From: Callorhinchus milii
Taxonomy: Eukaryota
Length of the DNA: 64,000 nt
Assembly: GCF_018977255.1 (NCBI RefSeq)
Contig: NW_024704742.1
Span: 123,134,001-123,198,000, forward strand
Reading direction: 5' to 3'
Positions 24,983 to 36,690 of this stretch are shown here, one piece after another (position 1 is the stretch's first letter; every line of letters starts with the position of its first letter). Both the position numbers and the translations under genes were made by a program. The notes below the pieces were generated by a model. That model worked only from the letters and a program-made list of their open reading frames with translations, did not search any database and was not told the DNA's origin.

Positions 24983-26251
24983 AGCCAAGGAAGATGGGGT
25001 GGAGAAAAGATGACCAAAAACATGGTTGGAAAGATACAATACAGCTTTATTTTATACAGCTCCTTTCAAATTGGTAGCACATCTCAAAGCACTTCACAAT
25101 GCTGGATGGCTACTCGAGCTGGTGGTGGTCTTAAGAAAAGAAAGGTCTTATGGTGGGTTTTAAAGGTGGGGAGGTAGAAGGGGGAGAGAGTTTTGCATCT
25201 AGAATTTGTTTTGCTCTTAACCCTCACGTTTACTGTGGCTCACCTACAAATTACACAGTCACTACACTTTACAGTAAAATATATTATAAAGCTATACTAT
25301 ATTTCAGACATGATTAGAAGACCAGGAATGTTCATTACGTTCAGTTCTCAAACAGGACAACTTCCAAACAATCCAGGGTGTTACTGAAAGGCACAACAGC
25401 AGATGAAATCAATGAAGCAATTGATATATTAGCCTGCTGACAGATGAGCTTCCTCCAAAGCAAAAATTGTAAGCATTCTTTTAAAGAATTATTCATTATA
25501 CCAGAATGTAATGAACTGAACAAATGTCTTTAGGCTGGGGATTGTTTATAAAGCAGGTTTCAATGTCACATCAATCACACTATTTTAAAAGAAAACATTG
25601 TAAATTTATCATTAACATACTTTTGGGGTGACATTTGCACCCTTTCATAATACATTCCTTGTGCTGATTATCACAATTATCGTGATAATTGTTACGAGGA
25701 ATGCTTTAAGAAATGTGGCATATTTCACACAGGTTGGCTATTCACCCCACTATTGCTCACACACTCACACTCAATCAGAGAGCCGTTTCTGCACTCATTC
25801 CCATTAATAATAATAATAATCATCATCCTTGCATTTGATATAGCGTCTTATCACGCCGTTGAGATGTTTCAAAGCGCTTCACAGAATATAATGTAAAGTG
25901 AATTAAAGTCAAGGATTCCATCTTTGTTTTTTTACCAATGAAGTCTATTCTTATCTGCATCCTGGAGGCAGATTTTGATTCAAGTTGCAGAGGAAACTGA
26001 CTTAATTCAGCTTGTTTCCTGTTCTGCTGCACTGAAATGCCAATGATCAGCACAAAAGCAGCTTTAAGAGTGGGGATTCTCTTGGAATCTACTATTGTGC
26101 TGAGAATGGACTATTTGTGTTTGGACCTAACACATTGAATATGTTTTTGCAAATAATTCATTTGGGGTTAAAAGTGGGACCTGTTTAGGCTCAATCATCA
26201 TGTGGTAATTATCATATCCTCAATAAATGCAGTCAAGACAATTAATATATG

Positions 26252-26325
26252 TCTGTGTGTGTTTGAGAGTGAGTGAGTGAGTGAGTGTGAGAGAGAGAGA
26301 GTGTGTGTGAGACAGAGCGAGAGAG
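26252..26325. repeat. Compound (GT)/(GAGT)/(GA) microsatellite
   Basis: Directly visible. Confidence 0.9.
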
Positions 26326-26456
26326 ACCCCTCCCCTACTCTGTGAAATGGTGGGATCTGAATATCATGGCTGCAGCCAATGCACTTCCAGTCCAAGAACA
26401 TGGCAACTGAAGTGCAGATTTGTGGGATAATTTTAATAATCCTTGCAATTTGCAAG

Positions 26457-26573
26457 ACTACGGGGAAAGAGCAGGGGAGTGGAACTAATTGGATAGCTCT
26501 TTCAAAGAGCCAGCACAGGCATGATGGGCTGAATGACCGCCTTCTGTGCTGTAAGATTCTCTGATCCTATGAT
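26457..26573 (+). mobile_element. CR1 LINE 3' terminus
   Basis: gatgggctgaatgaccgccttctgtgctgtaagattctctgatcctatgat: CR1-type hairpin region plus 8-mer terminal repeats. Confidence 0.7.
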
Positions 26574-26584
26574 TTGATATCAGA

Positions 26585-26825
26585 AGCCAGTTTGCACACA
26601 GCAATGTCTCACAATCTGCTATGAAATGAATGACTCATTTTGTCTGTTTCCTTATTGGCCAGGATATTGGAAGAAACTCTTTTCCCTTTTTTCGAATAGT
26701 GCAATGGGATCTTTAACATCCACCTGGACAGCAGACAGAGCCTCGGTTTAAAGATTCATCCAAAAGTTGGCACTTCCAACAATGCAGCACACCCCCAAAA
26801 GTGTATTAGAGTGTAAGCCTAGAGT
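26585..26825 (-). mobile_element. Deu-domain SINE (family B) fragment
   Basis: Reverse Deu domain: atgggatctttaacatccacct...cctcggtttaa...ggcacttccaacaatgcagcac. Confidence 0.7.
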
Positions 26826-27157
26826 AAGGTAGTCCCAACGTTTTGGCTGCTGAGGGACAAATGCTGGATTTGAGAAACGTCTGCAGGCCACATAAGCAAT
26901 ATTTTTTGTATTTCTCTTCCAAAAATGTAACCCGTAAGAATCATGCAGAAATCCCATGTCTCAAATTGTACAATTGTGTTGCTTGATTTCATTATATTTT
27001 AGTTACAATGAGTCTTTGAATGGGCAATGGAACAATTCATCCAATTTTTAAAACAGTAATACACTTTTACCACTAAAGTACAAGAATAATCATTAAATCC
27101 AGAGTAAACAGTTAAAATGATAATGGTTTCATTTGATATATTTGATATATATTCATT

Positions 27158-27475
27158 TGTGGAGTCCTGTAGCTCAGTGGTTAGAGCACTCGCTTTGCAA
27201 GTGAGAGACCTGAGTTCAATTCCAGGCAGGGCGAAACCTTGGGCAAGTTTCCTTACTCCACAAGCCTAATAATAATCCCTCCAAAACCAAAAACAATAAT
27301 AAAATTGGCATTTTCAATCTACGACTGTTTGTGGGACATTGCTGTGCGCAATTGGCTGCCGCGTTCGCCCACAAATTTACAGTCAATTCACTTTACAGTG
27401 TGTTCTGTGAAGCGCTTTGGGACGTCCTTCCGACGTGAAAAGCGCTATATCAAATGCAAGGATTATTATTATTAT
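27158..27475 (+). mobile_element. tRNA-Ala-like SINE (family A), young
   Basis: Very similar to the 29359 and 42847 copies. Tail gggacgtccttccgacgtgaaaagcgc is close to the L2 tail. Confidence 0.9.
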
Positions 27476-27736
27476 ATAGGCCTCCTTATCACAATTGAAA
27501 GTGAAAGAAATAATTAAGTGAATTGATGCATATAATTTAATACCCCTAACAATGAACAAAACAATAATCTCAAATGGAAATAATCTAGGCATCAACAGAT
27601 TAATCTATAATTGCAAAACTAACATGGGGACAAAATAAAGATGCACTGAATATATAATTCAAAATACTGTCAAGAATAAACAGAACAGATTTAGAGTGGA
27701 TTGTAGAAAAATTGCACATAATCAAATTATTTTACT

Positions 27737-28034
27737 TAATAATAATAATAATCCTTGCATTTGATAGAGCGCTTTTCACATCTTCTAGACGCCTCAAAGC
27801 GCTTCACAGAATATACTATAAATTGAATTGACTATATATTTGTGGGCGAAATGCGGCAGCCAATTGCGCACAGCAGTGTCCCACAAACAGTCATGGTTTG
27901 AAATGACCAATTTATTATTTTTTTTCTTGAGAGATTATTATCAGGCGTTTCAAGGTTTCACCCTGCTGGGAATCAAACACAGGTCTCTTGCATGCAAAGC
28001 GAGTGCTCTAACCACTGAGCTACAGGACTCCACA
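27737..28034 (-). mobile_element. tRNA-Ala-like SINE (family A)
   Basis: Reverse-complement copy with head and (TTA)n tail. Confidence 0.9.
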
Positions 28035-28171
28035 CAACAGCTTTGGAAGTCCATCCCACAGTCCCTCCGCCTCGCCCGCTCGCCTCGCCTCCTTTCAAGA
28101 CCTGTCTCAAGACCCTCCTCTTAGACTGTGCCTTCAGTCGCCCTCCTACCCCCACCCTCCCTGCCCTCCAC

Positions 28172-28481
28172 ATGGAAACCCGTCACCGTGATCAGCCAGG
28201 TGTCTGACACACATCACTGTTGCTTAAGAGTCTCCAAATCCGACTGAGAATTCCCCACATCCCACCTACACCTGGAAACCATCTAGATAGATTATCGGAA
28301 TGGAATGTGCTCTCTCTCTCTCTCGCTCTCCCCTTGGAGGGAAGCCCCCTGCTTACCTAATTCCAGAGAGTATTAGGCACAGGTTGGCGAGAGTCAAGGC
28401 TTTGGTGGGGAGCCCAGAGTGTGCACTGGGGGTAACTGCTGGAGTCTAACCAGCTGAAACCACACATTGCTTGGCCATTGA
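28172..28481 (-). mobile_element. Unclassified repeat 'family D'
   Basis: Reverse complement matches 19095-19335 and 44230-44470. Confidence 0.75.
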
Positions 28482-28556
28482 GAGAGAGAGACATTTAATA
28501 TACATTTCCTCAACATTTAGGCTTAGAGTATATTTAACATTGGAACAATTAACCTT

Positions 28557-29322
28557 TGTTCAGGGCTCTGTCCTCAGTCCCCTCCTCTTCACCCTCTACA
28601 TGCTCTCCCTTGATAATGTCATCCGCAGACATGGGGTAAATTTCCACATGTATGCAGATGACACCCAACTCTACCTCTCTGCCTCCACCCTGAACTCCAG
28701 CACTACTGGTGTCCTGATCAACTGCCTGTCTGACATCAAGTTCTGGACGAGGGCCAACTTTCTCCAACGCAACATCAGCAAGACCAAGGCCCTCCTCGTT
28801 GGCTCACGCCAGCACCTCCGCACCTCATGCACTGGCAGCATTAGCCTCCACGGCTACACACTCAACCTCACAAGGCCATTCAGAAACCTGGGTATCTTGT
28901 TTGACCCTGAGCTGTCTTTTCTCCCCCACATCCGCGCCATGACCGGCGCTGCCTACCACCACCTCCGCAACATTGCCAGACTATGCCACTGCCTCACCGC
29001 TCAGGGTGCCGAAACCCTCACCCATGCATTCGTCACCTCAAGGCTTGACTATGGGAACTTGTTCCTCATCGACCTTCCGAACTCTTCCCTTCACAAGCTG
29101 CAGATCATCCAAACCTCTTCAGCTTGTGTACTCTCACACACCAGGCTCCGTGACCCCATCACTCCCACTCTCGCCTGACTCCACTGGCTCTCCATCCCTC
29201 AGAGGATCGAGTTCAGGATCCTCGTCCTCACCTTTAAGGCCATCCATAGCCTTGCCCCCTCCTACCTCTCTGACCTGCTGACTCCCTACCAACCTGCCCG
29301 CTCCCTCCGTTCATCAGGCTCT
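28557..29322 (+). pseudogene. L2 LINE ORF2 reverse-transcriptase fragment
   Basis: QGSVLSPLLFTLYM...HMYADDTQLY (RT motifs including YADD), NLGILFD..LSF, FVTSRLDYGN. Premature TGA at 29176-29178. Confidence 0.95.
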
Positions 29323-29358
29323 TTGCAGATGATTTAGTCTCGGCTGCCCCTCCCATTC

Positions 29359-29679
29359 GTGGAGTCCTGTAGCTCAGTGGTTAGAGCACTCGCTTTGCAA
29401 GCGAGAGACCTGAGTTCAATTCCAGGCAGGTCAGGGCGAAACCTTGGGCAAGTTTCCTTACTCCACACAGAGCCTAATAATAATCCCTCCAAAACCAAAA
29501 ACAATAAATAAATTGGTCATTTTCAATCTACGACTGTTTGTGGGACATTACTGTGCGCAATTGCCTGCCGCAAATATACAGTCAATTCACTTTACAGTGT
29601 GTTCTGTGAAGCGCTTTGGGACGTCCTCCCGACGTGAAAAGCGCTATATCAAATGCAAGGATTATTATTTATTATTATT
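29359..29679 (+). mobile_element. tRNA-Ala-like SINE (family A), young
   Basis: Perfect anticodon arm ctcgc-tttgcaa-gcgag (TGC) and full body and tail. Confidence 0.9.
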
Positions 29680-29849
29680 CTGTGTGCTGCATGGTCCGAT
29701 TCCAGAGCAGAGTCTGAACCAACCTGGGGGCACAGTTACGCAAAGGTATTTCCAAATGGTTCACCAAACAGGTCAATTCTGTGTTGGGCAGGAGCACTTG
29801 GAGATGTCACTGAGGTGGTCACAAGTGAGTCTCCAATGGGGTCAGCAAA

Positions 29850-29926
29850 CAATCCGTGGTTCGCGGGCCGGATGAAATCATCTACCCTGCTGGATGCAGC
29901 CCGCGGGCCGCCAGTTGGACTCCCCG
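29850..29926. mobile_element. hAT/Charlie-like non-autonomous DNA transposon end
   Basis: cgcgggccggat...gcccgcgggccgccagttggactccccg resembles Charlie/MER30-type termini. It abuts tcctagac of a DeuSINE head (29927-30012, minus). Confidence 0.6.
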
Positions 29927-30342
29927 TCCTAGACTGTAAGTACACAGTCCCGATGTGGGGTTTGAACCAACAACCTTTTGACTCAGAGGCGAGGGTGCTT
30001 CCAACTGTGACAAGGATACCAGCAATATCATTTTTTGTTTGGGAGTGAAAATACTCGCAATCCAATGGCTGTCACACAATGTTCTTGTAAAATACTATTT
30101 GTAATTCAGCATAGAGTTTACAATTTTATTTACGCAACATTTCTGCTTGTTAGAGGATTACCCATGTTTGTATGTAAGAGGCCTATCGTAAACCATCATG
30201 ACAGCTGAATGTAATAGTTTGTTCTGAGCTTTATTTTTATAATTTTTTTAAAAATGGTAACATTATTATTTACATATTTTCTCAGTTCCTCGCCTTAGAA
30301 ATTACAAAGTGATTTTTAATTCCTTTGCACTGTACATGCTGA

Positions 30343-31203
30343 TAATAATAATATTCATTGCATTTGATATAGCTCCTTAGCACATCAATAAATGTTTCAG
30401 AGTGCTTCACTGGATTTTTTTACTCTGAGGTGTAGTGACTGTTGGTGAACACAACAGCCAATTTGCACACATAAATGTCCCACAAACAGCTATGAATGAA
30501 GTGATCAATTTTCTCTGGGGGTTTGTTGGCCAAAATATCGGGAGAAACTCCTTTCTATTTTCAAACAATGCCACTGGATCTTTAACCTCCATATGGATAG
30601 GCACACAGGACTGGTTTTAACACCTCATCTAAACGACGGCACCCTCAACAACACAGTACATCCTCAGCACTGCATTGGAGTGTTACAATAACAACAACAA
30701 AATTACATTTGTATAGCGCCTTTCACGGCGGGAGGACATCCCAAGGCACAGGGCAGTCAGTGTTTTGGACTCGAGCTGGGGGTTGGAAGCGGGGAGGGGG
30801 GAGATGGGAGGGTGGAGGGCAGGGTGGAAAGGATGGTGATCGAAGGCACAGTTAAAGAGGATGTTGAGATGGGTCTTGAAGGAGGTAAGGGAGAAGGCAA
30901 GGCGGAGAGACTGCAGAATTCATTTCCAGAGGGTAGGGGCAGTGTGGCTGAAGGCTCGCATGCCAATGGTGGGGTGAGTGAGACGGGGGAACGTGAAGCA
31001 GGCCGGAGCCTGCTGAGCGGAGGGAGCGAGCAGGTTGGTAGGGGATTAGGATGTTACAGAGGTAGGGGGGGAGCAAGACCATGGAGGGCTTTGCAGGCGA
31101 GGACCAAGATTAGCCTAGATTGGGAGCTGAAAATCCTAATGTGGGGTTTGACCCACAACCTTCAGACTCAGAAGCAAGAGTGCCTCAGCTACCAACTGAG
31201 CCA
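30343..31203 (-). mobile_element. Deu-domain SINE (family B) split by an L2 fragment
   Basis: Tail and Deu domain at 30343-30684, head at 31110-31203. The halves rejoin as gagtgtt|agcctagat. Confidence 0.75.
30685..31109 (-). mobile_element. L2 LINE 3' fragment nested in DeuSINE
   Basis: AAC tail and peptide PYQPARSLRSAGSGLLHVP. Confidence 0.85.
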
Positions 31204-31228
31204 TATATATATATATATATATATATAT
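31203..31228. repeat. (AT)n microsatellite
   Basis: Directly visible. Confidence 0.95.
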
Positions 31229-32509
31229 CGGGGATCTTACAGTGTTCTGTACATCAAGATGCTTTTCTTCAAGGCAGCTTTCCCCAGGTCCAACCAGCCA
31301 AAGAGACTTTTTTCGTAAACGCCATCCCTCAGCCCCCCCATCCCCCACCCAACAAATTCAAATCATAATTTTTATACCCAAAAATCATAATTTTGGGGTA
31401 CAAAAATGAGATTTGTCATTAAATCGAATGCAAAGTGGTGATCATATTTTCACAAGGATCATTAAAGTTTTTCACTGTAAATAACTTTTTTAGTAGAAAA
31501 CAATCAATCAGTAACAAAAATTCTCCTGAATTTCAGTTTAAAAAAGCAAATTCACCTATTTCTTCAGTCTCTGGGAATGGCTACATATTAAATTGATTTT
31601 CATTGGGTCTCGCTATTTTTTCCAAACTAAATCCCGATTTCCACCAAATTCACCTGTTTTCTTGACATGAAAAAGAGACCTAAAAAAACACCTTATCAAA
31701 GTACCCAGGTTTTTACTTTGGGTCCAAAAAAAAATTACTTTAATGGACATTATACGTTCGAATTTCAGAAATGTTAAATTCACAGAGGTCGCCCTGCCAG
31801 GTCAATGCTGACAAAAGTCATTTTCTGAAGAAAAACATGTCCCTAAGTTAAAGATTTTCCAGTTGCTATGGGAGTTTAAAATATTCTGAAAAGCCTCTTT
31901 TTATGGTCTTGACTCTGTTTACTCTGCTGCACAGCAGCCAGGGAGGGAATGAGAAATGTTTCGACGTGTCATGGGGTTGCAAGGCTGCGTGTACTTAAAA
32001 GAGCAGCACGAATGGATCCATTTCCCTTTGCCCTCAACACAAAGCAAGAGGGTCGACTCTGCTTGGAGGAGGAAATAAAGCAAAACAAGGGACTGAATGT
32101 TCCTGTCAATCAGGCCCATGGGCAGCTTCCGCTGCTCTGACAGGATGCATGTAAAGGATGTTCTCTAGAAATATAATCCAAAAGAGACAGATTAAGACAA
32201 CCTAAATGCTTACGCTTGCTCTTTTTCATTTCTTAACTGTGCGAAGGTTCAAGGATTGTCTTTGTTTAATACTTAATATTTTATGATAAGATATTTCCTG
32301 TTTTTCTTGAAAGTATATTAAAAATAAGAGGCAACAGGTTTTAATTTGCGCTTTAAACCCGATTTGCAAACTGGATTTGTTGTGTTAATCGCAATCTGGG
32401 GTTTATAAGATTTGGCCTGCAAAACACAAATTTCAAGTCACAAAATCGGAAAAAGAAGATCAGAGACTAAAATGGGAGATAGATGTCCATGGGCGGAAAA
32501 GACAAGGCT

Positions 32510-32873
32510 GCTCTTCACAGGGATTTTCTGTAAAGTGCAGTGATTGTGTATTTGGAAGCAAACACGGCAGCCAATTTGTGTACAGCAATGTCTCATAAGT
32601 AGTCATGAATGCAATTTATTTTACCTGGGATTGTTGGCCAGGATGCCAGGAGAAAATTCCCTCTCTTTTCTAATAATGCCATGAGATTGTTAACGTTTAC
32701 ATGAACAAGCAAATGGAACCTCGGTTTAATGTTTTATTTATAGGACGGCACCTCCAACAATGCAGCACTTCACCAGTGTTGCAGTGAAGTATGAGGCTAG
32801 ATTATGAGCTCAAAGTTTTTGTGTAGGGCCTGAACCAACATCTTTCTGACCCAGAGGCTATCAATTGAGCTAG
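32510..32873 (-). mobile_element. Deu-domain SINE (family B)
   Basis: cctcggtttaa...gacggcacctccaacaatgcagcac (reverse Deu domain) plus head. Confidence 0.75.
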
Positions 32874-33244
32874 GACAGAACCTGGATAAAGCAGTTGTCA
32901 TTGAGTTAATCTGATATACAACATTCAAGTTCGATCTCTACAACGTCAAGGTAGCTGGTACATAACAAACTCTCCTCACTATGCTGAAGGCTGATTTCTG
33001 TTGAGTAGTTGATGAGGAAATTCTGATGCGTGAGACAATAGCTACTGAGTGGCCTTACCTGGAGTCAGTGTTCATGAACACATACTCATAAAATTGTTAC
33101 CTAAGTCAGGGGAAAAAAATTTGCATTGAATATTGAGGAAACATTAAAGGTCCAAAATTCTGATCACTATCCAGTATCTCCTGGAAGAATCCAATCATTC
33201 GTAGGGTCATGTATTTGGATGTAAAGTCTGTGTTTCACAATTTT

Positions 33245-33425
33245 AAAGAACTTCAAGACTGAAGTGGATAAATTGAGACCGAAGTAGATAGAGTTTGTTA
33301 GGTCAGGGTATCAAGGGACATGGGGCAAAGGCAGTTATTTGGAGTTGAGTTACAGATCAGCCATGATCTAATAGAATGGTGGAACAGGCTTGAGGGGTTG
33401 GATGGCCTACTCCTGTTCCTATGTT
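33245..33425 (+). mobile_element. CR1 LINE 3' terminus
   Basis: agatcagccatgatctaatagaatggtggaacaggcttgaggggttggatggcctactcctgttcctatgtt, a typical shark CR1-type 3' end. Confidence 0.75.
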
Positions 33426-34544
33426 AATACCCACAATTTAGAATGAGCCCTTATTGCAGAGCTCAGAGTCAGTGTGTTTAGACGAGCCGATGGAGTGTGG
33501 ATGTGTTCAAGTGATAACCCGCAGGGGTTCCCCATGAAACACGCTCATCAGCCGACATTGCATTCTCTAGTATTATTTATACGCACCAACTGGGAGCTGT
33601 TATTTAAGGTTCTCTTTGCTGAGCCTTACCATTGCTCTGTGTGAACTAAGAACCAAGAGCAAAAACCCAGCAGGGATGCGTTTAAAAATAAAGCAGCTCC
33701 TGATCGGAATGTATAGATAAGTAAACACTCCAAACACGAGCTCCTGGTACACATACATACCATGAGGACCTGCCTTCCCCTGCTTAATGCAATATATTAA
33801 GCACTCTGAGACGCTACCCTGGCGGAGAACACTATGTAAGTGCAAGTTGTTGTTGTTGGAGTTGCAGAGTAAACCTCACACAAGTCATATCAGTTGGGGC
33901 CATACATTTAATAAGACTTATGTGAAGTGTGAGTTACGTCAAACTAGAATTGCATTGAATATAAACTCTTCAAGGAACTTGGGCAGATGTACTATTTAGG
34001 CGATTATACGATTTATACAGATCAGATTTATACAAGTTTTACTTTATTAGCAGATCTGAATAAAATCAATGATTCTTGAAGTCTAAGAAGGTGTAGCTAC
34101 ACTTACATGTATTTTTGACTTTGCATGGATATTTTAATCTCCCTGTCAATACATTCCTGAAACAAGATTATCCGGATGAGTCATATTAATAATAATCTTC
34201 CTACAGTTCCTACAACTTCAAATAGTTTCAAGGTGATTCATAGGGAATAGCTGTCAAGTATGAGGACTGCATTTAGGCAAACACTGCAGCCAATTTGCAC
34301 ACAACAAAGTAATCATAAATAATAAAAATCCTTGTATTTGATTTTGGTCTTTTCATGTTGGGAGGATGACTCAAAGTTCTTCGCAGGTGTTACCACAAAG
34401 TGCAGTGATTATGTACTTTGTAGGTGAGGGATCAGTTTTTCTGGAGGATTACTGGCCAAGATGTCAGGAGAAACACTCATCTCTTTTTGAATAGTACTGT
34501 TACTGGGTAGACAGGAGTACACTGATTTAGGGAATAATTGAGGA

Positions 34545-35030
34545 CAACAACAACAATAAGATTACATTTGTATAGCGCCTTTTATGTCGGGAGGACATCC
34601 CAAGGCGCTGGACAGAGTACAGCACTTCAGATCCGAGCTGGGGTTGGGGGGGGTAAGGGAGGGGAGGGGAAGGGGGGTGACCGATGGCATGGTCGAAGAA
34701 GAGAGTCTTGAGGCGGGACTTGAAGGAGGGGGCGAGGTGGAGTGACTGGGGGATGGAATTCCAGAGGTTGTGGGGTGGAGTGGTTGAAGGCTCTCCTGCC
34801 AATGGTGGGGCGAGTGGGTCGGGGGATGTGGAGTAGGCCGGAGCCAGCTGAGCGGAGGGAACGGGTGGATTGGTAGGGGGTTTGGAGGTCACAGAGGTAG
34901 GGTGGGGTGAGGCCATGTAGGGCTTTGTATGTGAGGACCAGGATCTTGAACTGGATCCTCTGAAGGATAGGGAGCCAATGGAGTCGGGCGAGAGTGGGGG
35001 AGATGGCGTCACGGAGTTTGGTGCGGACAT
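34545..35030 (-). mobile_element. L2 LINE 3' fragment
   Basis: AAC tail and peptide LWNSIPQSLHLAPSFKSRLKTLFFDHA. Confidence 0.88.
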
Positions 35031-35059
35031 GGTCGCAGCTAAAAGTTTACCCATTTTTC

Positions 35060-35760
35060 TCAAGATTGCTTCAGATGAAGAAGGCCCTTCAGCCATTTAA
35101 TTTCATCTTTCTAGAATATCCATCCTACCATCTTCCCATCAAAGCACCAAGTTGTTTTTTAAATGCGTCCAGGGTACTGGCCTCAACCACTCTTCCTGGT
35201 AACCTGCTGCAGTTGTTAACTACCTTCTGGGCAAAGAAAAAAATATTGCAACTCTAAACCAAGTTCTCTTGTTCTACCTTCTTGATGCATTCTAAAGTAT
35301 TGTTACAGATTTAATCCTGTTTAAAATTGTTTACATCTCTATAGGTCCCCTCTGAGCTCCTTTTGTCACAATTGCCTTGCAGTACTCAAGGTGCAACAAC
35401 AACAAATTACATTTGTATAACAACAGAAGCAGCCTGACCAGAGTACTATATAAAACTCTGGTTCTAACGAAGGGTCGTGGACCTGAAATATTGACTCAAT
35501 TTCCTTTCTCCATAGATGCTGCCTGACCTGCTGAGTGTTCCCAGTGACTTCTATTTTTTGTTTCAGAGTACTATATAGCTTGAATATGTCATTTGGGGAT
35601 CTGAACACAACTGATTTGGCAATATAGCCCAGCATCCTGTCTGCCTTGTTTATTGCTGCCTCACACTGTTTTGACATGAGGAGCATCAAGTCAACTAATA
35701 CCTCCAGATCTCTTTCAGCTTCTCCCTTGGGAAGTTTTGTCTAATCCATGTGTTTCCTTT
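35060..35760 (-). mobile_element. Old CR1 LINE 3' fragment with nested insertions
   Basis: Peptide SKQCEAAINKADRMLGYIAKSV..RSP..IFKLYS, then LEY and RGDL motifs and a CR1 3' UTR. Confidence 0.75.
35453..35563 (+). mobile_element. Solo Penelope terminal-repeat insertion with mutated hammerhead
   Basis: Homologous to 46521-46622 and 13984-14076. Perfect 14-bp TSD cagagtactatata at 35439-35452 and 35564-35577. Confidence 0.8.
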
Positions 35761-36384
35761 TCTTACTTCCCATATAGAGTTCCTTGCGCAGTCATTGATC
35801 AACTTGTGCATTTGGAGTATTTTCCATTTTACTGAGATTTTCCTCTGAAACAACCAGCAAGGTTTCAACAGAAAAACAAAAAAAGGTTTGTAACACAGGA
35901 TCAGATTTGTTCAAAGAATAACTTGCATTTATTTTGCTCCCTGCATGTGAGTAGTTACTCGCAGTGCTTAACAGTGGTGTGGTTTAATGCTGAGCAGGAA
36001 AGAAAGGGGAGGTGACTGAAGGCATGGTCAAAGAGGAACAACAACAACTTGCACTAATATAGCACCTTCCACTCAAGGTAGCATCTCAGAGTGCTTATAA
36101 GCCTTCAGGTGTTATTCAAAAGATGGACTAAACAGAATGATTGAGGCAGGGTGTTCCAGAGATATGGGGTAGTATAAATTATTAGGGAATAACTCTTAAC
36201 TTCACAGGATATCAGTTTTGTAAATGTGGTATCAAATTTACTCTGATGTATCAGTTTGATGGTCAGGTGGAACCCCGGTGTCTAGAAAGTTGTGCTTATT
36301 TTATTTCACTTCTCCCTTGGTATGAAAAAGGGCTGAATGGCAAGGTTATCAGTTATTTTATTAAAATTATTTTCAAGAGCTCAG

Positions 36385-36690
36385 ATTGTTCAGTTGCTTA
36401 GTGCACTACCCAGTGTGTAACTGAGCCATACAAACCACAAAAGTTCCAGGTTTCATTCCCCCCATCATCAGGCTGTGATGAGTTAGCTGATCTCAGGCAG
36501 GAAACAGAAGGGAAACTACAATTGTTCTCTGCCATGTGCTAGTGAGGAAAACAATTTACCAGCGCTTCCTTTCTTGTTCACTATCCAGTGCCATCTGCTG
36601 CCACTGGCATATGGACAGCTGGTGAGGCCAGGAATTGGCTTGACTGTATTGACAGCTGAATAGCTTGCCAACACTGTCTAACCCCCTTTG
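36385..36690 (+). mobile_element. Ancient SINE-like repeat (family C)
   Basis: Colinear with 16862-17170. Confidence 0.5.

Noticed and set aside
28471..29178. 235-aa ORF as a functional reverse transcriptase or retron-like gene
   Set aside because: 5'-truncated L2 ORF2 with a premature stop. The N-terminus is unrelated flanking sequence.
29359..29432. tRNA-Ala(TGC) gene (also the other family A heads)
   Set aside because: Anticodon arm and A/B boxes are present, but there is no proper acceptor stem and each copy continues into the SINE body, so these are SINE heads.
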